A stretch of 64,000 nt of DNA, taken from Candidatus Latescibacterota bacterium. GTDB lineage: Bacteria > Latescibacterota > UBA2968 > UBA8231. Within the stretch, counting starts at the first letter, position 1. Every line of letters begins with the position of its first letter. Under the pieces are notes generated by a model that was not told where the DNA came from, did not search any database, and saw nothing but the letters and a program-made list of their open reading frames with translations. The stretch spans positions 3,904,001 through 3,968,000 of the forward strand of contig OY730476.1 in assembly GCA_963422735.1 (NCBI GenBank), given 5' to 3'. The translations under genes were made by a program, and so were the position numbers. Positions 1 through 9,737 of this stretch are shown piece by piece.

Positions 1-202
1 ATTCCGGCGTCTGCCGGTACTTGGCGAATTCGCTTTCCCAAGCCGCAGCACTTAGCGGCGGAACGACGCCGGTGACGACGTTCCACTCGACGATGGATAG
101 GCCCGAGCGGGTCAGGCGCACCCAGCCCCCGTACACTACAAGGACGACGATGAGAGCCGAGACAGCGAGGAGCCAGGTGGCGAGTTGACGATTGGTGGTC
201 AT
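1..202 (-). CDS. ctaA: Heme A synthase COX15/CtaA, N-terminal part (runs off window)
   Basis: Manual translation from ATG at 202: [67 protein letters not shown]; matches the type-2 CtaA GGxxRLTxSGLSIxEW...PPL...W..EF..Y...PE motif. Confidence 0.9.
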   Translation of the reverse strand, partial: MTTNRQLATWLLAVSALIVVLVVYGGWVRLTRSGLSIVEWNVVTGVVPPLSAAAWESEFAKYRQTPE

Positions 203-298
203 GTGGCGGAGCTTGAACAGATCACTCGTAGAAAATATCTCATGGCGATATATCGGCAACTTTTGCCGCGTCGCCGTCCGCGATAGAAGGAGGAAAGT

Positions 299-1039
299 GT
301 GAAGCTAGCAAACAAAGATGCGTTGGTAACCGGCGGAGCTACCGGCATTGGCCGAGCCACTGCCGAGTTTTTCGCCCAAGAAGGGGCGCGCGTCCACATC
401 ATTGACTACAACGAAGCTGAGGGCCGAGCCGCTGTGGAACAGATCGAGGCCGCAGGAGGCCAAGCGCATTTTTACGCAACGGACGTGCGTTCGGAAGAGA
501 GCGTGGCCGCGTCGGTCGCGCAGATCAGAGAGCGCACCGCTCAACTCGATGTGGCGGTTTTCGCGGCCGGGGTCTTGACGGGAGCGTACAAGACCATTGA
601 GGAGCTGTCGGAGGAGGATTGGGACGCGACGCTCGACACCAACTTGAAGGGCACCTTCCTCTCGGCCAAATACGCGACGCCGCTCTTGGCAGCAGCCGGC
701 AAGTCCGTGCTGCTGATCATCGCCTCGGGTGCGGGGGTGCGAGGTGGCTCCTCGTCCTATGCTTATGCAGCGAGCAAGGCTGGGCAGCACGGGTTGCACT
801 ACAAGCTGGAAGGTGAGTTAAGCCCCAAAGGGGTGCGCTTGCATGTGATTTGCCCTGGGGGGATTGCAACGCCGCTGAAGCTGGAGAATATAGCGCAGGC
901 GGCAGAGGCCGCAGGCCGCGATCCAGAGGAAGCAAAGCGGAACGCCGTGCTGGGGGACCCAATGGGGGTGGCGCGGGTCTTGGCGTTTTTGGCTTCCGAG
1001 GAAGGGTCTTACGTGCGAGGGACGGTGTTCACTCGGTAG
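299..1039 (+). CDS. SDR family NAD(P)-dependent oxidoreductase
   Basis: TGGATGIG Rossmann motif, YAASK catalytic motif, AGGAGG RBS before GTG. Confidence 0.93.
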   Translation: MKLANKDALVTGGATGIGRATAEFFAQEGARVHIIDYNEAEGRAAVEQIEAAGGQAHFYATDVRSEESVAASVAQIRERTAQLDVAVFAAGVLTGAYKTIEELSEEDWDATLDTNLKGTFLSAKYATPLLAAAGKSVLLIIASGAGVRGGSSSYAYAASKAGQHGLHYKLEGELSPKGVRLHVICPGGIATPLKLENIAQAAEAAGRDPEEAKRNAVLGDPMGVARVLAFLASEEGSYVRGTVFTR

Positions 1040-1041
1040 CC

Positions 1042-1881
1042 TTAGGCGCGTTCCCAACGGCTGGGGTCCATGCCCGGAGCCTCGGAGGCCATGTTCGGGG
1101 GCTTGTTGCCGCTGTCGTAGTCCCAGTGGCGCGTGTTGCGGTCGGCAAAGAGCGGGCGGATTTTGTCGGGCAAGGTCTGGAGGTCTTCCTCGCTATAGGG
1201 GCTGATCTCGTCAACCGGCCCGGCCCAAGCGGGTCGATAGGCGATGGCCAGCATTTCGCGCGGATAGGTGCCGACGTTGGGGAAGTTGCCATGGAAGACG
1301 CGGTGGTGGATGAGCACGGCAGAACCGGCCTTACAGGGAACCATGACTTCTTCGGGGTGGGATTCGTAGCGCGCATAGGGATTGGCGTCGGCGTGCAGGC
1401 ACAGATGCGAGCGCGGCACTACGCGGAAAGGCGAGACTTCTGGTATGAGGTCGTCGAGATAGTAGAGCACCCGTATCAACACCGGGCAAGAGCCTTCAAA
1501 GCCGAAAATTTTGGAGCCGTAGGGTTGGCCATCGGCGTGGAGGCTGATGCCGGGGTGGCCGGGTTCGGAGCGAGCATAGCCGTAGTGCATGAAGATCACT
1601 TCGTCGCCCAAAAGCTCGCGCAGGAACGCGAGCGTCGGCGGGTGGCCGAGCAAAGCGGTGATTTCGCCGCCGTCGAATTGGATGTTGCTGCGGCCGCGCT
1701 GGCGTTCGCTGTAATCGACGGCATTCGTCTCGAAAGTAGCGGTGATGGCTTTGAGACGGGCGATGTGGTCGGCGTCGAGCAGGTCGGGCAAGACGAGATA
1801 GCCTTCGACTTCGAGTTGGCGGATGCGCTGGCCGGTGGTGAGGGCCGACCAGTCGCGGTCGTCAATGCGGGGGGTGGCCAT
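1042..1881 (-). CDS. Phytanoyl-CoA dioxygenase (PhyH) family Fe/2OG dioxygenase
   Basis: EGYLVLPDLL, HAD...H facial triad, VVPRSH; start placed at MATPRIDD behind an AGGAGG RBS. Confidence 0.88.
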   Translation of the reverse strand: MATPRIDDRDWSALTTGQRIRQLEVEGYLVLPDLLDADHIARLKAITATFETNAVDYSERQRGRSNIQFDGGEITALLGHPPTLAFLRELLGDEVIFMHYGYARSEPGHPGISLHADGQPYGSKIFGFEGSCPVLIRVLYYLDDLIPEVSPFRVVPRSHLCLHADANPYARYESHPEEVMVPCKAGSAVLIHHRVFHGNFPNVGTYPREMLAIAYRPAWAGPVDEISPYSEEDLQTLPDKIRPLFADRNTRHWDYDSGNKPPNMASEAPGMDPSRWERA

Positions 1882-2060
1882 GATGGTCCTCCTTCCTTGT
1901 GCAGGGGTAGTGCTGGAAAGGATACGGCATGGAGCAGCCGCAATCAACGGCGGTGAGTTGCACGAGACAGACCGCCGTGCTGCAGCGGTCTGAAGTGATT
2001 CTATGATTTCATAGAAAGCACGATGTATCGGCCTAAGCTGAAAGGGAGATTATTCAAAAT

Positions 2061-2867
2061 ATGGCTGTTCCAAATGAGAAATAACTGCGTCTGCCAATTC
2101 TCGAAATAGCGGATGTCGCAAAAGAAGACATAGTGCCCAAGGAGTATCACAAAGAAGGTTATCGAACGTTTCTCGCTGACGAAGGATGATATACTAGAGA
2201 AGACACCGTCGGGAAGACGGAGGTTATACGATCGCGTATCTTGGGCACTCTCCTACTTAAAAAAAGCCGATTTTTTGCAGTCTCCTTCGCGTGCGCACTT
2301 CCAGATTACCCCGCAGGGTAAAGAACTGCTCGTAACGGGCGCGGACGATCTTCTTTCATTAACATGGAACGCCCTAGATGCAGTGCGACAGGGCGGGGAC
2401 ACCGCTGCCAACGATGAAGTCGGCACTGACTCGGAGGATAGTACGCCCGATGAGCAAATTGCGGTGCTTTATCGGGAGTTGAATGACAGACTTGCCGAAG
2501 AGCTATTGGAGAGGGTGGAACAGGTATCGCCCGACAGTTTTGAACGAACGGCATCATCAATCAGGATGCCTTGGGCCTTGAAAAGGTGTACATCCAAGCG
2601 AAACGCTGGCAAAGCCAAGTTGGCGAACCTGAAATCCGCAACGTCTCCGGCAGCCTTGAAGCGAAAGGAGCCAATAAGGGCGTATTTATCACGTCTTCGT
2701 CCTTCGGTCCAAAGGCGCGTTTCATCTCGGCGGGCAACAAGTTTATCCGGTTAATAGACGGTGAGGGACTTGCCCGTCTGATGATAAATCACGGCGTCGG
2801 CGTGGTCTCCGAAATCACATACGATGCGAAAAAACTGGACGAAAATTACTTTGCCGAGGACAGCTAG
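2061..2867 (+). pseudogene. mrr: Mrr restriction protein, degraded (early stop, frameshifts, deletions)
   Basis: MAVPNEK*LRLPILEIA start, SWALSYLKKA...FQITPQGK Mrr N-domain, and GIINQDALGLEKVYIQAKRW...KGVFITSSSF...LIDG..LARLMI catalytic domain, spread over different frames. Confidence 0.85.
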
Positions 2868-2900
2868 CCTGCACCAAGCAGCTAGAGCGAGTTAAAAACC

Positions 2901-3482
2901 TTGAGAGCGACACAATGCCCAAATTCCAAACTTGCGCTAGCAGTGTCGGGAAAGTCGCCTGAGTTTCCCAAGTACACCACTCAGATCATGAACCTCGCCA
3001 ATCAGAATGCACAGGGTACAAGGCCCAAGGTCGTCGGACAGATGACCGAACTATTCCGCGAATTCGCAGGGAAGTCCTTTAGCGAGTGGGACGCTTGGTA
3101 CCGAAAGAAAGAGCCGGAGGCGTTGGACAACGCGACCGATAAGGTCTATGCAATGGTAGAAAAACTTCAGTCAGCTGTTCAGCAGATTGATAAAGCTATG
3201 GTGCGCGAGTGGGTTGAGGACCTCGTCGTGGCGAAGACATTTGTCGGCTTGTGCTTTGAGGAGGGCATTCTGTCCAAGATCGCGGAGTACAAAGGAGCTA
3301 CGTACCGTCTATCAACCCCGGCCGAGGAATCACAAGGGATAGACGGATTCGTCGGCGATACAGCGGTTTCGATCAAGCCATCGACGTACTCTACCAAGGA
3401 CATGCTTGGCGAAAATCTCCAAGGGAAATTGGTGACTTACGAAAAAAAGAAAAACGGGATTACCTTCTCGTTTGATTTCTAA
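2901..3482 (+). CDS. MjaI-family type II restriction endonuclease
   Basis: FPKYTTQIMNLANQNAQGTRPKVVGQM and EESQGIDGFVG...VSIKP motifs; adjacent MTase; start uncertain. Confidence 0.8.
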   Translation: MRATQCPNSKLALAVSGKSPEFPKYTTQIMNLANQNAQGTRPKVVGQMTELFREFAGKSFSEWDAWYRKKEPEALDNATDKVYAMVEKLQSAVQQIDKAMVREWVEDLVVAKTFVGLCFEEGILSKIAEYKGATYRLSTPAEESQGIDGFVGDTAVSIKPSTYSTKDMLGENLQGKLVTYEKKKNGITFSFDF

Positions 3483-3526
3483 GTGCCAGAACAGGGTGTG
3501 CTCAACACTTATAGAGGATAGAATCA

Positions 3527-4657
3527 ATGCAGACCACCGCTAAGCTGATATGCGGCCCTGCCCAGTCCATGGCGGGAATCGCGGATGAGTCGGTCGATTT
3601 GATCGTCACCTCGCCGCCCTATCCGATGGTGGAAATGTGGGATGGGATTTTCGCGCTCCAAGACGCTCGCATCGAAGCGCAATTGGCGCACGGCAACGGA
3701 CAGGCTGCTTTCGCGCTCATGCACGAGCAACTCGATGCAGTATGGAGACAGTGCAACCGCGTCATGAAGCCGGGGGCCATTGCCTGCGTCAACATTGGTG
3801 ACGCCACCCGCACTATGGATGGCGACTTCCAGCTCTACTCCAATCACTCCCGCATACTGAGCAGCTTTCTCGACCAAGGTTTTGCCGCTTTGCCCGATAT
3901 ACTCTGGCGCAAACAGACCAACGCCCCCAACAAATTTATGGGGTCTGGGATGCTGCCTGTAGGAGCGTATGTAACCTACGAGCACGAGTACATTCTCGTG
4001 CTTAGAAAAGGGCGGCGGCGAACATTCACAACGGCCGCGGAAAAAGCCAAACGCCGAGAGAGTGCCTTTTTCTGGGAGGAGCGCAACGTCTGGTTCTCGG
4101 ACGTGTGGTTCGATGTAAAGGGAGCCTCACAGGGGCTTGTCGATGCACCGACCCGCGAACGCAGCGCGGCCTTTCCGTTTGAGTTGGCCTACCGGCTCAT
4201 TTGTATGTTTTCCGTCAAAGAAGACTTGGTCCTCGACCCGTTTGCGGGGACTGGAACGACGCTGGCGGCTGCCCTAACAGCGGGAAGAAATTCTGTGGGC
4301 ATGGAGATTGACGAGACGTTGGTACCGGTCGCGCAAAACCTGCTGCGCTCCGCATCTCCTGCCGCCAACGAGTACAACCGCGCCCGGCTAGCTCGGCACG
4401 CAGAGTGGGCTACCGCGCGCACGGCAGAGAGCGGTCCGTTGAAATACGCGAGCCGCCATTACGGATTTCCGGTAATGACGGCTCAGGAACAGGACTTGTT
4501 GCTAAACGACGTAACGGGAGTTATAGACGAGGCCGACGGTGTGACGTTGGTGATCCGGTACAGCGAGGAGCCGAAAGGCTGTTTTGCAGCGCAGGGTCTC
4601 AGTGCAAAGCGCAAGCGCAAGGCCGCCGCTCAGACGCTACTGCCGCTAGGATCTTAA
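3527..4657 (+). CDS. Site-specific DNA methyltransferase, beta class (probably N4-cytosine)
   Basis: TSPPY motif IV precedes DPFAGTGTT motif I. Confidence 0.92.
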   Translation: MQTTAKLICGPAQSMAGIADESVDLIVTSPPYPMVEMWDGIFALQDARIEAQLAHGNGQAAFALMHEQLDAVWRQCNRVMKPGAIACVNIGDATRTMDGDFQLYSNHSRILSSFLDQGFAALPDILWRKQTNAPNKFMGSGMLPVGAYVTYEHEYILVLRKGRRRTFTTAAEKAKRRESAFFWEERNVWFSDVWFDVKGASQGLVDAPTRERSAAFPFELAYRLICMFSVKEDLVLDPFAGTGTTLAAALTAGRNSVGMEIDETLVPVAQNLLRSASPAANEYNRARLARHAEWATARTAESGPLKYASRHYGFPVMTAQEQDLLLNDVTGVIDEADGVTLVIRYSEEPKGCFAAQGLSAKRKRKAAAQTLLPLGS

Positions 4658-4977
4658 TCGGCGTTGCGCTCCCCAGCCGTGCACACCGTACTTTGCAGTG
4701 CTTCATAGGCCGCCTCGCAATCGGCGAGCGCGGCACTTTGTTCCTTGATCTGTTGGTTCAGTGCTTGTACTTGGTCGTCGGTCACTGGGCCGTCACCGGC
4801 TTCGAGGAGCTGGTGAACCCGCGCTCCCAGATCCGCTTGAGTGCGGTGGAGTTGGGTCCTAGCAGCGGCGATATCGAGCCGGGCACGCGCTAGACGGGTT
4901 AGGTCACCGGCCTTATCGGCAGCGGCGACCGCACCTTCTTGTAGCCCTTTCACGAGATTGTTCCATAGGTTGTCCAC
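4654..4977 (-). CDS. Hypothetical helical/coiled-coil protein
   Basis: 107 aa ORF co-oriented with the BMC gene; GAGG RBS. Confidence 0.65.
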   Translation of the reverse strand: MDNLWNNLVKGLQEGAVAAADKAGDLTRLARARLDIAAARTQLHRTQADLGARVHQLLEAGDGPVTDDQVQALNQQIKEQSAALADCEAAYEALQSTVCTAGERNAD

Positions 4978-4993
4978 TGAGACCTCGTATGGT

Positions 4994-5443
4994 TTAAGTG
5001 TCTGGTGCCGAGGTGCGGCGCAATTCGCGGAGGAGCGTCTCTTTGTTGGCCCGAGAAACTTGGCGGCCCTTGAACTGAGCGTCGGGTAGCTGGCGCACGA
5101 GTTGGCGCAGGCGGACGACTGGCAAGCCCTCTAGTTCATCGGGGGGTGGCTGCGTTGGCGGGGTGGCGGCTTGGGGCTGGTGCAGGAGCAGGTTTTCTAT
5201 GTCTATATGGGGGGCGGGAATGACGCGGTGGCTGATCACTTGGCTGACCTTGTGTGCGGCTTCGACGCCGGCTTGCACCGCCACTTGGACGGCAGCAACC
5301 TCACCTCTAAAGTGCGTTGAAATCAGCCCGCCGCCGATGGGCTTGATGCCGAGGAACTCGACCGGAGCGGATTTTACGACCGCGTCGGCTGCTTCGATGA
5401 CGCCGACGAGACCGCGGGTCTCAATCAGCCCTATGGCAGCCAT
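4994..5443 (-). CDS. Bacterial microcompartment shell protein (BMC-H) with Pro-rich linker and C-terminal helical extension
   Basis: AIGLIETRGLVGVIEAADAVVKSA...GEVAAVQVAVQAG...VIPAPH BMC domain. Confidence 0.92.
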   Translation of the reverse strand: MAAIGLIETRGLVGVIEAADAVVKSAPVEFLGIKPIGGGLISTHFRGEVAAVQVAVQAGVEAAHKVSQVISHRVIPAPHIDIENLLLHQPQAATPPTQPPPDELEGLPVVRLRQLVRQLPDAQFKGRQVSRANKETLLRELRRTSAPDT

Positions 5444-5461
5444 TGGGCGCGCTTGGCTCGG

Positions 5462-5689
5462 TCAACGAATGTCGTTGATGGTGTGGGGGACGAGGGCTAG
5501 ATAGCGGGCGCGCTTGATGGAGCGGACGACGCGCGTCTGCTGCTTGCGCGTGGCGCCGGTGCGCCGGGTCGATTCGATCTTGCCGGTCGGCGTGATAAAC
5601 TTGACTAGGACATCGAGGCGCTTGTAGTCGATGTCTTCGGACTTGAGCTTGGCTACGGCCTCTCGGCGCGAACTGCGGAACTTGGCGAT
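5462..5689 (-). CDS. rpsR: 30S ribosomal protein S18 (no Cys, zinc-independent type); probable ATC start
   Basis: IDYKRLDVLVKFITPTGKI..RRTG..RKQQ..V.RSIKRARYLALVP; AAGGAG 7 nt upstream of ATC at 5689. Confidence 0.9.
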   Translation of the reverse strand: MAKFRSSRREAVAKLKSEDIDYKRLDVLVKFITPTGKIESTRRTGATRKQQTRVVRSIKRARYLALVPHTINDIR

Positions 5690-5750
5690 GACGACGCTCC
5701 TTTTTAAGGCACCCGCTTGCTTGGGCGGGCACGTAAATTTAAAAAAGCGA

Positions 5751-5779
5751 AAGATATAGGAGAGACCGGGGAATGTCAA
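5751..5779 (-). promoter_or_regulatory. Sigma-70 promoter of rpsR
   Basis: TTGACA-17 nt-TATCTT on the minus strand. Confidence 0.7.
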
Positions 5780-5807
5780 TATGTTGCCCCGGTCCGGACA
5801 CTCGCGG

Positions 5808-6974
5808 TCAACGCGGGTTCATTTCGTCATGGAGCTGGCGCATGATTTGGTGGTGCCCCATGCCCTCGCCCCAGAGCTTTTTGTACTTGGCCTCGTCGAT
5901 GCCATCGCGCTTGAGAAAGCCGCGGATGTCGTAGCGGCCCTCGACTTCTACGGGTAGGCCGCCCTCTTCGACCATGAGTTGTAGGGGATAGCTCTTTTCT
6001 TGCAGCGGCAGGTGAATCACGCGGTTGCGGCGCGCCGATTCGTAGAGGGCCATCATAATTTCCACGGTGTCGCGGGCCGTGGTGCCCGCGTTGCGGTGCT
6101 CGGCTTTGTGGCCTTCGAGACAGTCGATGAGTTCGCGGACTTGGGCGGCGTTGGTGTTGCCGCCAATGGCCTTGGTGCCTTCGGTGAGCGCGAGATCGAC
6201 TTCCTGCCAGCCGCCAGAGGAGGCGTTCATAAGCTGGAGCCGGGTCTCGCTCACCGATAAGATCCCCTTGCTGCCGCGGATTTCAAAGTGGCCGGCACCA
6301 GCTCCCTCGCGCATGAGGTCGGACTGAATGAAAAGCTGGAGATCGCCTGCGAAGTGGACCAAGCCCATACAGGCGTCTTCGACCATGGTGTCGCGCTCGT
6401 AGCGGTCGGTGCGGCGCTCGACTGCGCCCATGACCCATTGGGCGCGGGGGTCGCCGAGCACGAAGCGCGAGCCGTCAATGGCGTGCGTGCCCCAATTAGT
6501 CAGGCCGTCGGCGACCTTGTTGGTGACGAAGATCGGCTCGCCAATCGCGCCCTCTTCGACTAGTGCCTTGGCCTTTTCCCAACCCGGGGTAAAGCGGCGC
6601 TGATGGCTGATGACTAGTTGAGTACTATTCGCTTTGCAGGCGTCAACCATGGAGTCGGCTGCGGCCATGCCGATGGCCATGGGCTTTTCGCAGATGACGG
6701 CGCGGGCGCCGCCCTCGGCCGCGGCAATGGTGGGTGCCGGATGCAAAAGGTGCCAAGTGCAGACGCTGACGATATTGGGCCGGGCCTTTTCCATCATCTC
6801 TTCGACCGTCTCAAACTCCTGAGGGATGCCGTATTCGTCCAAGTAGGTTTTGCGAGCCATGGCGACCGGGTCGGCGACGGCGATCACCTCGACCTCATCC
6901 ACGAGATTGTAGCCTTCCATGTGGGCGTTGCCTATGGAGCCACAGCCGACGATTGCCGCGGTATAGCGTTTCAT
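5808..6974 (-). CDS. Gfo/Idh/MocA family oxidoreductase
   Basis: IVGCGSIG, ICEKPMA, HQRRF motifs. Confidence 0.92.
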   Translation of the reverse strand: MKRYTAAIVGCGSIGNAHMEGYNLVDEVEVIAVADPVAMARKTYLDEYGIPQEFETVEEMMEKARPNIVSVCTWHLLHPAPTIAAAEGGARAVICEKPMAIGMAAADSMVDACKANSTQLVISHQRRFTPGWEKAKALVEEGAIGEPIFVTNKVADGLTNWGTHAIDGSRFVLGDPRAQWVMGAVERRTDRYERDTMVEDACMGLVHFAGDLQLFIQSDLMREGAGAGHFEIRGSKGILSVSETRLQLMNASSGGWQEVDLALTEGTKAIGGNTNAAQVRELIDCLEGHKAEHRNAGTTARDTVEIMMALYESARRNRVIHLPLQEKSYPLQLMVEEGGLPVEVEGRYDIRGFLKRDGIDEAKYKKLWGEGMGHHQIMRQLHDEMNPR

Positions 6975-7104
6975 AGAGGATCTCTCCTTAGCGAAAATGG
7001 GATAACGAGTGTACTATGGGACATAATAAAGGATAGGCATTAGGTTATCTTCAAGTCATCAGGCCGTCCAACCCAAGCCTGCAGGCTTGGGGCGACCACC
7101 AATT

Positions 7105-7527
7105 ATGGAAACCCTATACGTCTCGCCCTTTCTCTCCATCCCGCTTTCCGAACTGCGTTTCAAGTTTCGCCGCAGTTCTGGACCGGGGGGACAAAACGTC
7201 AACAAGCTCAATACCTCCGTCGAGTTACAGTTTGATTTTGTCCACAGTGCGGTGCTCAGCAACGAGCAGCGCCAGCGGATTGCCGAGAAGCTCGCCACGC
7301 AGCTAAACAGCACAGGCGCTCTGTCGATCCAGTCGGAGCGATTTCGCACGCAGGGACGCAATCGCGCCGACTGCCTCAACAAGCTGGCCGCCCTGCTCGC
7401 CGCGGCACTCAAGACGCAGCCCAAGCGCCAAAAAACCAAACCCAGCCGCGCCGCCCAAGCGCGTCGCCTCGACAGCAAGCGGCGTCACTCCGATAAAAAA
7501 AAGAACCGCCGACCGCCTGTAGATTGA
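7105..7527 (+). CDS. arfB: Alternative ribosome rescue factor B (peptidyl-tRNA hydrolase)
   Basis: RSSGPGGQNVNK GGQ motif and basic C-terminal tail. Confidence 0.93.
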   Translation: METLYVSPFLSIPLSELRFKFRRSSGPGGQNVNKLNTSVELQFDFVHSAVLSNEQRQRIAEKLATQLNSTGALSIQSERFRTQGRNRADCLNKLAALLAAALKTQPKRQKTKPSRAAQARRLDSKRRHSDKKKNRRPPVD

Positions 7528-7642
7528 ATACCTGGCCGTCTTGGTGCGTCACAAGATTGTATTTGTGCATGTTCACGAAGTGTTCTATTTTCAACTTTAA
7601 CGTGAACGTAAATGTTGCTTACTGCAAACTGTGGGGACTGAA

Positions 7643-8488
7643 ATGAACGTACAAAATAGAGAAACAATGTACTCGGCGACCGATCTTTACTGGCGCGACA
7701 TAAAAGATGCCGAGCCGCTCAGTCGCGAGGAAGAAATTGCCCTCTTCAAGCGCGCCAAAGCAGGAGACGAAGAGGCGCGTCAGGCGCTGGTACAGGCCAA
7801 TTTGCGCTTCGTGGTTCGCGTCGCCCGCGAGTACCACGACTGTGGTCTCTCGCTGATTGAGCTGATTTCCGAAGGCAACTTCGGGCTGCTCGAAGCCGTC
7901 CAGCGCTTCGACGAGACCCGCGGCTTTAAGTTCATCACCTATGCGGTGTGGTGGATTCGCCAAGCCATCCTTCGAGCCTTAGCCGAACACGGCAAAATTG
8001 CCCGCCCGCCGCTGAGCCGGGTCAGCGATCGGCATAAGGTCGAAAAAAAGGCCGATGTTCTCGCCCAACAGTTGGGGCGCGCCCCAACTGTTGAAGAGAT
8101 CTCTGCTTGCGTCGATTTCTCGACAGAGCGCATCCGCAACGCCTTTGAGATGGGGCAGCCGGATCTGCCTTTGGACGCCCCTGCCTTTGCCGACGGCGAG
8201 ATGACGTTTGCGCAGACGTTTGTCTCGGCCGAACCTAGCTCGCACGAGCGCTTCATTGAGGGCGAAATGCGCGCGGCTGTGGCCGATTGTCTGAAGGTGC
8301 TCGACACCCGCGAGTCCCAGATCGTCCGCGCTTATTTTGGTCTCGACGACAGCGAGCCCAAGACCTTGGAGGAGATCGGCGCGTCCATGGGCGTCACACG
8401 CGAACGCGTGCGGCAGTTGCGGAACAGGGCTTTAAAAAAAATGAAAGACGAGTGCGGCGGGCAGTTGGTCGAGTTTTCGAGCAACTGA
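7643..8488 (+). CDS. RNA polymerase sigma-70 family factor (RpoD/SigA-like, lacking region 1.1)
   Basis: ANLRFVV, GFKFITYAVWWIRQAI, TLEEIG...VTRERVRQ. Confidence 0.93.
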   Translation: MNVQNRETMYSATDLYWRDIKDAEPLSREEEIALFKRAKAGDEEARQALVQANLRFVVRVAREYHDCGLSLIELISEGNFGLLEAVQRFDETRGFKFITYAVWWIRQAILRALAEHGKIARPPLSRVSDRHKVEKKADVLAQQLGRAPTVEEISACVDFSTERIRNAFEMGQPDLPLDAPAFADGEMTFAQTFVSAEPSSHERFIEGEMRAAVADCLKVLDTRESQIVRAYFGLDDSEPKTLEEIGASMGVTRERVRQLRNRALKKMKDECGGQLVEFSSN

Positions 8489-8558
8489 GAGGGTGCGCGG
8501 TACATTGCCGGGGGCTGTGCAGCGTCCTATTATTGAATAAGCTTAACGAGAGGACGCT

Positions 8559-8843
8559 ATGGCCCAGCTTCGACAGAAATTATTGGTGCTCTACGCCCAT
8601 TCTCCCGATTTGCATAGCCAAACTGTGGCTTGGTCGCTCTACGACGGCACGGGCGAGGAGCGGTCCAGCAGCGGCGATAGCGAGGAACCGCCCTATCCTT
8701 CGGTGGTGGCGGCCATGCGGGACGGGTGGAGGGTGGTTCAGTTTCCGCAGCAGTACCCGGCCCATCCGGGCATGGAATACAATACATCCTACCTGAAATA
8801 CGAGTACATCCTCGAAAAAATGGAGGAGATCGATGGTCGATAG
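8559..8843 (+). CDS. Small hypothetical protein overlapping the downstream PhyH gene
   Basis: 94 aa, GAGG RBS, 11 nt overlap with next gene. Confidence 0.7.
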   Translation: MAQLRQKLLVLYAHSPDLHSQTVAWSLYDGTGEERSSSGDSEEPPYPSVVAAMRDGWRVVQFPQQYPAHPGMEYNTSYLKYEYILEKMEEIDGR

Positions 8844-9645
8844 GCAATATCTCCTGAATACCAAGCAGCTAGCGCAGTTTGTCGCCGACGGCTCTTTGCG
8901 CTTCGACGAACTGGTGCCCGACGAGATCAATCGCGCCGCGTGCGCCGAGATGGAAGCCGGGGTCCCGCGAGGCCGCGCTGGCGCCCCGCTCGCCGAACTG
9001 TGGACCGATGCGGCGATCGGTCGAGTCGTGCGCCTGCCTCAGATCCAGGGGATTATCCACAGTCTGGTCGGCCCCGGCCCGCTCTACGACCACCATGCCG
9101 TGCATACGGTTGATGCTCACCGCGAACATGGGCAGATTTGGCACGCCGACGCGATCATCGACACCCGGCTGCACTTTGACATCCAGCTTTTTTACTTTGC
9201 CCACGACACACCGAGGGAGATGGGCGGCACCATGTTCCTCCCAGGCAGTCACTACCGCCGCATTAGCGAGTCGGATATCGCTCGCTATCAAAACTTCCTA
9301 GGGCAGATGCCGATGGTTTGCAAGGCCGGCACGGTGGCCGTGGCCCACCACGGCATCTGGCACTGCGCCCAGCCAAACCTAACCGGCCGCAAGCGCTATA
9401 TGTTCAAGCTGCGGCTCAATCCCACGGTGCGGCAAAAGAAGCTGTGGAATACCGACGACATCGACGACGCAGAGATCCCCGCGCTACTCAATGCCAATCA
9501 CCGTTGGTACGGCAACGAGGTGCGCTTAGAGGTCGTCAACCGCATCAAGCTGTGGCGCTTCTTGACCGGCGACGAAAGCTACGATGTGTCCTACTGGTTG
9601 TCACGGCTGGAGAACGCACCCGAAAATGAGCTACGGGCGGCGTGA
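8833..9645 (+). CDS. PhyH family Fe/2OG dioxygenase
   Basis: WHAD, GGTMFLPGSH, IWH motifs. Confidence 0.88.
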   Translation: MVDRQYLLNTKQLAQFVADGSLRFDELVPDEINRAACAEMEAGVPRGRAGAPLAELWTDAAIGRVVRLPQIQGIIHSLVGPGPLYDHHAVHTVDAHREHGQIWHADAIIDTRLHFDIQLFYFAHDTPREMGGTMFLPGSHYRRISESDIARYQNFLGQMPMVCKAGTVAVAHHGIWHCAQPNLTGRKRYMFKLRLNPTVRQKKLWNTDDIDDAEIPALLNANHRWYGNEVRLEVVNRIKLWRFLTGDESYDVSYWLSRLENAPENELRAA

Positions 9646-9663
9646 ACTGAACGCGCCCCAATG

Positions 9664-9700
9664 CAAAAAGCCGACCCAGCTTTTGGGTCGGCTTTTTTTG
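9664..9700. terminator. Bidirectional intrinsic terminator
   Basis: AAAAAGCCGACCCA-gctt-TTGGGTCGGCTTTTTTT between convergent genes. Confidence 0.85.
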
Positions 9701-9737
9701 TAGTGTTCATTGTATCGGCCTAGCGGCGTGGTGCTTC

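Noticed and set aside
850-1956. 368 aa plus-strand ORF
   Set aside because: Antisense shadow of the PhyH gene, no motifs; common at high GC
5690-5779. N-terminal extension of S18 from TTG 5779
   Set aside because: The TTG is part of the -35 box and the extension has no S18 character
7571-7585. GTTC-N7-GTTC LexA-like box upstream of the sigma factor
   Set aside because: Single short match to an alphaproteobacterial motif in an organism that does not appear alphaproteobacterial
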